Source: Candidatus Nomurabacteria bacterium
GTDB lineage: Bacteria > Patescibacteriota > Saccharimonadia > Saccharimonadales > VXPC01
Assembly (NCBI GenBank): GCA_020631905.1
Contig: JACKGQ010000001.1
Location: forward strand, 421,854-485,853
Direction of reading: 5' to 3'
DNA: 64,000 bases
Shown piece after piece: positions 1-7,219 of the stretch; positions within the stretch are counted from its first letter, which is position 1; each line of letters begins with the position of its first letter. The notes below the pieces were generated by a model. That model did no database searches and was not told where the DNA came from. It saw only the letters and a program-made list of their open reading frames with translations. The position numbers and the translations under genes were made by a program.

Positions 1-380
1 TGGCTTCGGGTGAGTATGTTAATCGATACAACAAGCTCGAAGTTCAGAGAATTCAAGAAGATATCGATCGTGGCAATATGTACTATGGTGGTATCAAGGA
101 CATGGTAACTCTACCTGGTATCGTTTTTGTGTCCGATATGATTACCGATATCACGGCCATTCGTGAGGCCAACAAACTTGGTATACCGGTTGTTGCTATC
201 GCCGACACGAATACAGATCCAACTACTGTCAAATACCCAATCCCAGCCAACGACGATGCTATCAAGTCGATTGAGTTAATAACTGGATATATTGTTAAGG
301 CGATTGAGCTTGGTAAGGCCAGCAGCAAAGCTGCGCCATCAGCAACCAAAGAAACCGAAGCCAAAGAGGGGGACAACTAA
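1..380 (+). CDS. rpsB: 30S ribosomal protein S2, C-terminal part (gene starts upstream of the window)
   Basis: The reading frame is open from nt 3 to the TAA at 378-380. GIKDM...PGIVFVSD...EANKLGIPVVAIADTNTDP...YPIPANDDAIKSI matches the conserved C-terminal half of S2. TAATG overlap with tsf. Confidence 0.93.
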   Translation, partial: ASGEYVNRYNKLEVQRIQEDIDRGNMYYGGIKDMVTLPGIVFVSDMITDITAIREANKLGIPVVAIADTNTDPTTVKYPIPANDDAIKSIELITGYIVKAIELGKASSKAAPSATKETEAKEGDN

Positions 381-979
381 TGGCGAAAATCGACATATCG
401 GAAGTTAAGAGATTGCGCGAGTTAACAGGTGTCGGCATAACTGATGCCAAGAAAGCTCTCGAAGAAACCAATGGCGATTTCGACAAAGCCCTCGAAGCTA
501 TGCGCGTAAAGGGACTTGCAAAGGCCGATAAGCGCAGTGAGCGCGAGGCTCGTAATGGTGTGGTTGGTAGCTATGTTCACAGCGATCGGATTGGTGTAAT
601 TGTCGAAGTTAATTGCGAGACCGACTTTGTGGCTCGTAACGAAGAGTTCACTAGTTTTGTTAAAGATGTAGCCATGCATATCGCCGCGAGCAGCCCGCTG
701 TACGTAACCCGCGAAGAAGTACCGGCCGATGTAGTTGCCAAAGAGCAAGCACTAGTCGAAGCCGAGCTCAAAGAGAGCGGCAAACCCGCCGAAATGATTG
801 CCAAAATAGCCGAAGGCAAGATGGACAAATGGTACGATCAGGTATGTTTACTAAACCAAGCTTATATTAAGAATCCCGATCAGACGGTTGGAGACTATCT
901 TAAAGAGCGCATTGCTAAACTAGGCGAGAACATCGTTGTCCGCCGCTTTAGCCGTATTCAACTTGGCGAAGTCGAATAG
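380..979 (+). CDS. tsf: Translation elongation factor Ts (short ~200-aa form)
   Basis: N-terminal UBA-like EF-Ts signature (VKRLRELTGVGITDAKKALEETNGDFDKALEAMR) and TDFVARNEEF core. Canonical rpsB-tsf order. Confidence 0.93.
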   Translation: MAKIDISEVKRLRELTGVGITDAKKALEETNGDFDKALEAMRVKGLAKADKRSEREARNGVVGSYVHSDRIGVIVEVNCETDFVARNEEFTSFVKDVAMHIAASSPLYVTREEVPADVVAKEQALVEAELKESGKPAEMIAKIAEGKMDKWYDQVCLLNQAYIKNPDQTVGDYLKERIAKLGENIVVRRFSRIQLGEVE

Positions 980-998
980 ACTAAGCCTCAGCACCGCC

Positions 999-1027
999 AA
1001 AAAGACCCATATATTTGGGTCTTTTTG
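999..1027 (+). terminator. Rho-independent terminator after tsf
   Basis: AAAAAGACCCA (999-1009), loop TATATT, TGGGTCTTTTT (1016-1026). The 11-bp stem has A and T tracts on both sides. Confidence 0.8.
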
Positions 1028-1060
1028 CTATGAAATTAAAAAAGTTCATATGATGCTCGA

Positions 1061-1093
1061 AATTTAATTTAAATTTAATTTAAATTAAATTTA
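1061..1093. repeat. A/T-only quasi-palindromic element, copy A
   Basis: AATTTAATTTAAATTTAATTTAAATTAAATTTA. 1061-1092 matches 24299-24330 at 31 of 32 positions. Confidence 0.9.
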
Positions 1094-1292
1094 TAACCAG
1101 CGCACAAAACACTAATTAAACGTGCGGTTATTGGTAGTGGTTAAGTAACAGTAGGGGAGGTGGTGCGGTCTTTGGAGAGAAGTTACAGTTAACTTTTTAA
1201 AACGCAAAGCTTTCCACCCATTTCTTTTATTTATGTACAGACAAACAATCCCTACCTTTTTCTAGAAAAAGGTAACAAAAAGCTTCTCAGCC

Positions 1293-1326
1293 AGAACTAG
1301 ATCTTAGATCTCGGATCTTAGAGCTA
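1293..1326. repeat. Heptanucleotide tandem array (AGATCTT family), solo intergenic copy
   Basis: AGAACT AGATCTT AGATCTC GGATCTT AGAGCTA. Same unit and orientation as the array at 4178-4210. Confidence 0.85.
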
Positions 1327-1638
1327 ACTCACATACTTAAGCTCAGTAAGCTTGCTAATCTCGGGTTTGGGTTCATAAAGATCCGTTTAGGTTTATCTGA
1401 AAGTTTAAGTCAATCTTATACTTCTGAGGACTACCAGGTTAGCGATAGCTAAACTTTCCGCAAGAACAGATTTAAACTTATAGATAAAACTAGTAGTGAT
1501 CTTCATTCTACCCAAGAGCTTTTGTAATACTTTTGGCGGGCAAAAGTATTAAAGATACATTTTCGCTTTACATCCGCTAGCTAGCGGAAAGCTCATCAGT
1601 TACAGTTTAACTGTAATAATGTATTCACAAGGAGAACA

Positions 1639-1683
1639 CTGCCACCGGCTCATTCGCTATTGCTAGCGAAGAGCCGGTGGCAG
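1639..1683 (-). terminator. Long GC-rich hairpin downstream of the GC-rich minus-strand gene
   Basis: CTGCCACCGGCTC (1639-1651) pairs perfectly with GAGCCGGTGGCAG (1671-1683). An inner TTCGCTA/TAGCGAA pairing extends the stem. It lies 6 nt after the stop at 1690. The downstream U-tract on the minus strand is only moderate. Confidence 0.6.
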
Positions 1684-1689
1684 GTGCAG

Positions 1690-2202
1690 TCACGAGGCGG
1701 TGATGTCGCCTCGACTGTTGTGGCTGCGGTCGAACAGGTTGGCCACGTTCGAGCCGTATTGGGCCCGCAGCTGGTCCCGCAGGTCGGTGTCGTTTGTCGG
1801 ACGGATCTTGCGTAGCGCAGCACTGTTTACCTGGCCGTTCATCAGCTGCCGGCGACGCTCGCTGAGCACCTGCCAGAGCTGCCGCCCGGCGGCGCTGACG
1901 CGCGTCGGCTGGATCACGGTCATACGACCGAAGATCAGCCAGAGCACGCCGGCAATCGCCAGACGCTGCAGTGTCAGCTCGCCGATGTCGGTGGCGCCAG
2001 TCAGAAGCGGACTCCACTCGGGCATGGGCTGGTAGGTCCAGTCTGTGGCGTAGTCGAGCAGCGCCCAGGCGGCCACGAACTTCCACGCTTCGTGGAAGAG
2101 CATCGCCAGCGTGCTGAGCACGCCGAAGATATAGATCATCGCAGTGACGGCAGCCGCCACTGCGATGATCAGGAACTCGGGGCCTGTCAGCAGGTCGAGC
2201 AT
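1690..2202 (-). CDS. Hypothetical membrane protein encoded on a GC-rich island (170 aa)
   Basis: ATG is preceded by AAGGAG (2210-2215) with a 7-nt spacer. Two or three predicted TM helices at the N-terminus and a charged C-terminal half. G+C is visibly far above the flanks. Two other long ORFs overlap it, as expected in GC-rich DNA. Confidence 0.7.
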   Translation of the reverse strand: MLDLLTGPEFLIIAVAAAVTAMIYIFGVLSTLAMLFHEAWKFVAAWALLDYATDWTYQPMPEWSPLLTGATDIGELTLQRLAIAGVLWLIFGRMTVIQPTRVSAAGRQLWQVLSERRRQLMNGQVNSAALRKIRPTNDTDLRDQLRAQYGSNVANLFDRSHNSRGDITAS

Positions 2203-2364
2203 GGTGTTTCTCCTTGTGGTGTGCGTCGACGGGTAGGCAAGACGCCCAACCTCACTAATCGAACAAACATATTATAGCACAAAGTAATAAAAAAGTAAAT
2301 CAGTGCACTAATTTCGATAGGTAAAATGCCATAGCTCTAGACTATGCAAAGCCTTAAACAAACA

Positions 2365-2393
2365 TTGACAAACCGTAAAGCTTATGCTAATAT
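2365..2393 (+). promoter_or_regulatory. Sigma-70-type promoter for the 357-aa orphan gene
   Basis: TTGACA (2365-2370), 17-nt spacer, TAATAT (2388-2393), with TGC immediately upstream (extended -10). Confidence 0.65.
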
Positions 2394-2468
2394 GTATGCA
2401 TACTTATTACATACAAAAAGTATTAAACAGTTAAGCAAAAAATAAAAAGAAATTTTAGGTAAGCAAAA

Positions 2469-3542
2469 ATGAGCGAAACAGCACCACAATCTAACTACGA
2501 ACAAGAACTCGACAAAGCCATTGGAGACATGGCAGGATTCGATCAGCATCGAAGGGCTGGTTTTGCGCCGGGTAGGTTCGATAATAGGGGTTTTGGCAAT
2601 GTCTATGCAGATGCGAGTCAGGACGCCAGCACACTAACATATGGCGACATTACGGGTGGTGAGGGGCAGCCTAAAATTGTAGGAGATTTGTATTTAGCAC
2701 ACACTGACAATGCTGGCTACGGCTATGATCACGACATACTAGTAGACAGAAGTGGTGGGAGTGGCGCAACAGTCGATGAATATGTTGCAAAACACGACGG
2801 CGACGTAACTATCGAGCGGATTGATCGTAACACCGGGCAGACAGTTTATGAATCAAAATTATCCGGCGAGAAGGCGGCCAAAGCTAAAGAAATTTTAACC
2901 CGATTAGCACTACGCTATGCGAACGAAAAAATCGAAGCTTCCAACGACCCTGAGTTAGTTCAAAAATATGTCGACGAAGCATTCGAACATGTTGAAGCCC
3001 AAGTTGAAGATGAACGTAAAGACTTGCGTAGTGGTGACGAAAAACAAATCCGGGCGGACGCACTTTTGTATCCCGAGACTCATCATTTAGCAAAGCTTGA
3101 GGAAAACGACGCCCAGTCATGGGGCCGTGAGATAGCTTATGTGTTAAAAGAGGATCCACTATATATAGAGCGAGCTTTGCCTCAACTCGAGGCGGCTAGC
3201 CCAGAGACCGTCGAACAGCTCAAGGATATGATAAAAAATAAACTACGACTTCAGCGAGCTGCCAAATATACGCTGAGTAGACACAAAGAGTACTCTACAG
3301 CTAGTCAGCTGTATAGCGTGCTCGAGCAGCTTGGGGTTAAAGTTGGTCGTTACGATAGGCTAAGTAACCCTGCACTCGAGTCTCAGATAAACGATCTTGC
3401 TACAAGGTTAAAGACAAACATGAAGGTTAGGCGCGTTCTCGAGGGTACATTTCGTTCAGCTTCGTCTAGAGTAAATTATCGTCGCCGAAATGCCCCAAGC
3501 AATCATCTGGCAAACGATAGCCCCACGCAGCTAGCCGCCTAG
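2469..3542 (+). CDS. Hypothetical protein (357 aa), acidic and helical, no signal peptide
   Basis: Long ORF with its own consensus promoter. I recognise no motif. Confidence 0.75.
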   Translation: MSETAPQSNYEQELDKAIGDMAGFDQHRRAGFAPGRFDNRGFGNVYADASQDASTLTYGDITGGEGQPKIVGDLYLAHTDNAGYGYDHDILVDRSGGSGATVDEYVAKHDGDVTIERIDRNTGQTVYESKLSGEKAAKAKEILTRLALRYANEKIEASNDPELVQKYVDEAFEHVEAQVEDERKDLRSGDEKQIRADALLYPETHHLAKLEENDAQSWGREIAYVLKEDPLYIERALPQLEAASPETVEQLKDMIKNKLRLQRAAKYTLSRHKEYSTASQLYSVLEQLGVKVGRYDRLSNPALESQINDLATRLKTNMKVRRVLEGTFRSASSRVNYRRRNAPSNHLANDSPTQLAA

Positions 3543-3619
3543 CGATCAACCAGATCTTAGCGAATTGCAAAGATTGTTCGTGCTATAATATTAGTCTATT
3601 AAGGAGTTATTTTGGTTTT

Positions 3620-4171
3620 ATGGATGGTCAACAATACGTAGTTTCTGCTAGTAAAAAGTTTAACGAGTCGGTCGAGCATTTCGAAGCCGAGGCCTCGAAA
3701 GTTCGAACTGGTAGAGCTCACCCGAGTATGCTCGACGGCATTATGGTCGAAGCTTACGGTACCGAAATGCCACTGATTCAGTGTGGTAGTATTAGCGTCC
3801 CCGAAAATACATTGCTCCAGATTACTCCATTCGATCCAAATAACATCCAGGCTATTAGTGCGGCAATTCGCAACGATCAACAGCTGGGCCTCAACCCAAG
3901 CGACGATGGTCGAGTTGTACGCGTGCCGGTACCGCCGCTAACTAGTGAGCGTCGTCAACAACTTGTTAAAGTGCTCAACGAAAAGAAGGAAGATGCCTTT
4001 ATTAGTATGCGTACATCACGCCATGACGCCCTAAAAGAAATCAAAGATAATGTGCCAAGCCAAGACGAAGCCAAGCGTCTCGAAACTCAAGTCGACGAAG
4101 CTATGAACAAAGCTAAAAACCAAATCGAAACTGTAGCCAAAACCAAAGAGCAGGAAATCCTTACAGTCTAA
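3620..4171 (+). CDS. frr: Ribosome recycling factor
   Basis: Full-length RRF pattern (KVRTGRAHPSMLDGIMVEAYG...PLTSERRQQLVK...). Confidence 0.93.
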   Translation: MDGQQYVVSASKKFNESVEHFEAEASKVRTGRAHPSMLDGIMVEAYGTEMPLIQCGSISVPENTLLQITPFDPNNIQAISAAIRNDQQLGLNPSDDGRVVRVPVPPLTSERRQQLVKVLNEKKEDAFISMRTSRHDALKEIKDNVPSQDEAKRLETQVDEAMNKAKNQIETVAKTKEQEILTV

Positions 4172-4176
4172 TTTCC

Positions 4177-4210
4177 TAGATCTTGGATCTTAGAGCTCAG
4201 AGCTTAGAGT
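4177..4210. repeat. Left arm: heptamer array and inverted repeat flanking the four-helix-bundle gene
   Basis: AGATCTT GGATCTT AGAGCTC AGAGCTT AGAGT. 4177-4195 is the reverse complement of 4570-4588 with one mismatch. Confidence 0.9.
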
Positions 4211-4567
4211 ATGTCGACCTACGATTATAAAAAACTAGAAGTCTGGCAGCGTTCCATGAAATTTGTAGTAGCAGTATATTCGGTGTGCGAAAAACTACCC
4301 GACTACGAGAAATATTCATTAGCAGATCAGCTTCGAAGAGCTAGCGTATCGATCCCGTCGAATATTGCAGAGGGACAAAAGCGTGCCAATAAAAAGGAAA
4401 CTGTTCAGTTTACTTATGTTGCCATTAGCTCGCTAGCAGAAGTTGAGACGCAGCTGATACTTGCAAGTAGACTTCACGGCGTAAAAACAGATGATTTATT
4501 AACAGAATGTGAGATAATTGGCCGCATGCTCACAGCACTAACAAACTCTTTGAAGAGGATAAAATGA
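4211..4567 (+). CDS. Four-helix-bundle protein (23S rRNA intervening-sequence protein family)
   Basis: Family-typical KKLEVWQ...A..VY......P..EKYSLADQLRRASVSIPSNIAEGQ....KE...F..A..SL.E..TQL pattern. 118 aa. Confidence 0.88.
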   Translation: MSTYDYKKLEVWQRSMKFVVAVYSVCEKLPDYEKYSLADQLRRASVSIPSNIAEGQKRANKKETVQFTYVAISSLAEVETQLILASRLHGVKTDDLLTECEIIGRMLTALTNSLKRIK

Positions 4568-5283
4568 GCCTCCAAGATCCAAGATCTAAGATCAAAGATC
4601 TAATTCCAAAGCATATTGGGATTATCTTAGATGGTAATCGGCGGTGGGCCGAAGAAAACGGTTTACCGACAATGGAAGGCCACCGAAAAGGTGCCGACAA
4701 TATCGAGTTCGTTGCCGAAGCCTTGTTTGATAAAGGTGTCGAGTATGTGTCTTTATTTGTATTTTCTACCGAAAACTGGAAACGGACTACCGAGGAAGTT
4801 GGCTATCTGATGAAGTTATTTGTAAAGCTGTTCAAAAAAGACAGCCAGCGTTTGATTGATCGAGGTTATCGAATTCTGTTTGCCGGACGACGTGATGGCA
4901 AGATTAACAAAGATATAAGTGAGGCAATCGAAGATCTCGAAGACAGTTCTAAAAATGGTAAGAATGGCACACTTGTTTTTTGCTTCAACTACGGCGGCAC
5001 AACCGAGATAGTCGATGCGGTTAAAGGTATTGTTGAGTCTGGCATAAATCCCGAAGATATCGATGAGCAAACATTGTCCGAAAACATGTATCAACCAGAA
5101 GTCCCACCAATCGATCTGCTGGTGCGGACAAGCGGCGAACAAAGAATCAGTGGTTTTCAGCTATGGCGAGCAGCTTATGCAGAACTGTTGTTTATTGATA
5201 AACACTGGCCAGATTTTAGTCCGGCCGATGCTACAATGATTATCGATGAATTTTCGGCGCGTAACCGGCGGTTTGGAGGCTAA
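4564..5283 (+). CDS. uppS: Isoprenyl transferase / undecaprenyl-diphosphate synthase
   Basis: HIGIILDGNRRWA, FSTENWKR and RTSGEQRISGFQLW motifs. The ATG overlaps the upstream stop (ATGA). Confidence 0.92.
   Translation: MSLQDPRSKIKDLIPKHIGIILDGNRRWAEENGLPTMEGHRKGADNIEFVAEALFDKGVEYVSLFVFSTENWKRTTEEVGYLMKLFVKLFKKDSQRLIDRGYRILFAGRRDGKINKDISEAIEDLEDSSKNGKNGTLVFCFNYGGTTEIVDAVKGIVESGINPEDIDEQTLSENMYQPEVPPIDLLVRTSGEQRISGFQLWRAAYAELLFIDKHWPDFSPADATMIIDEFSARNRRFGG
4570..4603. repeat. Right arm: heptamer array in inverse orientation, inside the first codons of uppS
   Basis: CCAAGAT CCAAGAT CTAAGAT CAAAGAT CTAA. It pairs with 4177-4195. Confidence 0.9.
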
Positions 5284-6468
5284 GTGAATATATTTCTGAT
5301 TATCCTTGGGCTTGTATTATTTCAGTTACTAGTAATACTGCATGAATATGGTCATTTTTTGATTGCCAAGCGCAATGGTGTAGATGTTGAAGAGTTTGGT
5401 TTAGGCTTTCCACCAAAGATTGCCGGCAAAACAATGGGCAAGGGCATCTTCCGGGGTTACTACACAATCAATTGGTTGCCATTGGGTGGATTCGTGCGCC
5501 TTAAAGGCGAAAACGATAATGCAAAGGGTAAGCGTACCTATGGTGGATCGAGCTTAAAAGTCAAAGCAAAAATTATTCTTGCTGGTGTAGCCGTTAACTA
5601 CATAATTGCCGTAATTTTATTTACGATTCTTGCCGCCGTCGGTATCCCTAAACTCCTGCCTCTAGAGCCAATCACAACCGACCAACAGTTCACCGTGGCG
5701 CGCGATACAAAGATTATCGACCAGCGGACTTACATTAACTATGTCGACAATAATTCGCCGGCGGCAATTGCCGGAGTCGAACAGGGCGATAAGCTGTTAA
5801 AAATTGGCGAGACCCAGATCAATAGCTACGAAGACTTAAAAGCCACAACTCCGCTTTATGCTGGGCAGACGGTGAATGTTGTCCTCGAGCGAGGTGGCAC
5901 CGAACTCGTAAAACCGGTAAGCTTTATAAGTGAAGACGAGCATAGTCAAAGTGTTCAAGAATTTGACTCATGTATGACGAGCGGCGCGACAGATTGCGCT
6001 ACCCCGAAAGGCTATTTTGGAGTGCTATCACAAGATTTTGTACTCCAGCGAAGCACCTGGTCGTCACCGATCACAGGCGTTGTCTTGAGCGCTCAGTATA
6101 CAAAAGTCACTTTTCAAGGAATATGGCACGCAATTAGTGCACTTTTTAGCGGCAACACTCAAGAAGCCGAGAACTCGGTGGCTGGTCCGCTAGGTATATT
6201 TTTTGTAATCAAGCAGAGCGCTAATTATGGGCTAAGATTCTTACTGATGTTTATTGCCACGATATCTCTAACCCTGGCGATTATGAACAGTCTGCCGATT
6301 CCGGCTCTAGACGGTGGCCGTCTAATGCTCACAGTCTTGTTTAGAAAAGTGCTTAAAAAACCTCTTACAAAAAGCCTCGAAGAGCGAATTGTCGGCTCGA
6401 GTATGGCTGCATTGTTGGCATTAATGCTATTAATCACGATTGTCGATGTCCGTAGATTCATTCTATAA
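5284..6468 (+). CDS. rseP: RIP (site-2) zinc metalloprotease RseP/RasP family
   Basis: HEYGHFLIAK (HExxH) in TM1, a central PDZ-like segment, and a C-terminal NLLPIPALDGG-like motif (NSLPIPALDGG). GTG start. Canonical position after uppS. Confidence 0.9.
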   Translation: MNIFLIILGLVLFQLLVILHEYGHFLIAKRNGVDVEEFGLGFPPKIAGKTMGKGIFRGYYTINWLPLGGFVRLKGENDNAKGKRTYGGSSLKVKAKIILAGVAVNYIIAVILFTILAAVGIPKLLPLEPITTDQQFTVARDTKIIDQRTYINYVDNNSPAAIAGVEQGDKLLKIGETQINSYEDLKATTPLYAGQTVNVVLERGGTELVKPVSFISEDEHSQSVQEFDSCMTSGATDCATPKGYFGVLSQDFVLQRSTWSSPITGVVLSAQYTKVTFQGIWHAISALFSGNTQEAENSVAGPLGIFFVIKQSANYGLRFLLMFIATISLTLAIMNSLPIPALDGGRLMLTVLFRKVLKKPLTKSLEERIVGSSMAALLALMLLITIVDVRRFIL

Positions 6469-7162
6469 ATCCAAGAAGTTCTTTGCACTAGTAACCGTGT
6501 TAACTGCGACTGCAATCTATTTTGTTGGTCAGTTTGTAGCCGCATTTGTATATTTAGCACTGACCAAAAACCAGCAAGTCGACCAGCTCGAGCCTTGGCA
6601 AACAACAGTTATCAGCCTAGCTTTTGGAGCGACTATTCTCGCCTGTATTTATTTAATTCTTAGAAGGCACGCCAAAACTCTTGCGGCGATGGCTCATAAA
6701 CTGGGTATACGTAAGCCGACCAAAGAAACTTTTACTTATGCCTTACTAGGTTTTAGTGCCTACTTTGTGATCTTCTTAACCATAAGTATAGTCTTATCGC
6801 ATTTTCAGCTAGTCGACTTAGAGCAAGCTCAAAAAACTGGTTTTGAGAATGTTTCGCAGCACAGCTTAGATATAGTTTATGCATTCTTAACTTTAGTGAT
6901 AATCCCACCGTTTGTAGAAGAAGTGTTGTTTAGGGGGTTTTTGTTTCGTCGCCTCAAGGGCTTAGTAGGGGTAGTTGCGGCTGCACTAATTACTAGTGTT
7001 TTATTTGGAGTTGCACATTGGCAGTGGAATGTCGCCATCGACACGTTTGTGTTGTCGATGGTAATGATTTACGTTTTGCAGATACACGACAATCTGGTGG
7101 TAACAATGTTGATGCATATGCTCAAGAATATCTTGGCATTTCTAGTTATATTTCATGTTTAG
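6440..7162 (+). CDS. CPBP (CAAX/Abi) family intramembrane protease
   Basis: EEVLFRGFLF, FGVAHW and HMLKN motifs in a polytopic membrane protein. The start is uncertain: the ORF overlaps rseP by 29 nt and an alternative ATG lies at 6446. Confidence 0.8.
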   Translation: MSMSVDSFYKSKKFFALVTVLTATAIYFVGQFVAAFVYLALTKNQQVDQLEPWQTTVISLAFGATILACIYLILRRHAKTLAAMAHKLGIRKPTKETFTYALLGFSAYFVIFLTISIVLSHFQLVDLEQAQKTGFENVSQHSLDIVYAFLTLVIIPPFVEEVLFRGFLFRRLKGLVGVVAAALITSVLFGVAHWQWNVAIDTFVLSMVMIYVLQIHDNLVVTMLMHMLKNILAFLVIFHV

Positions 7163-7219
7163 CAACCTTTGTTTTTAAATGATATCTGATTTATACTTTC
7201 GATAAGTGGTTATACAAAT

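Noticed and set aside
83-828. Antisense ORFs overlapping rpsB and tsf (83-376, 295-486, 422-748, 577-828 on the minus strand), and the many similar antisense or off-frame ORFs throughout the track
   Set aside because: Each lies entirely within a gene that has a strong family signature on the other strand or in another frame. Their translations are low-complexity (Ser/Leu/Ala-rich), and they lack RBSs.
1625-2086. Additional long ORFs in the GC-rich cassette (1625-2086 minus, 1700-2035 plus)
   Set aside because: High G+C suppresses stop codons in all frames. These translations are Arg/Ala/Pro-rich, the typical off-frame product of GC-rich DNA, and they lack an RBS. Only 1690-2202 has AAGGAG, an ATG and a membrane-protein-like sequence.
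3565-3589. Promoter for frr (TTGCAA ... TGCTATAAT)
   Set aside because: The extended -10 TGCTATAAT (3581-3589) is good, but the candidate -35 is only 13 nt away. I did not list it as a feature because only the extended -10 half is supported.
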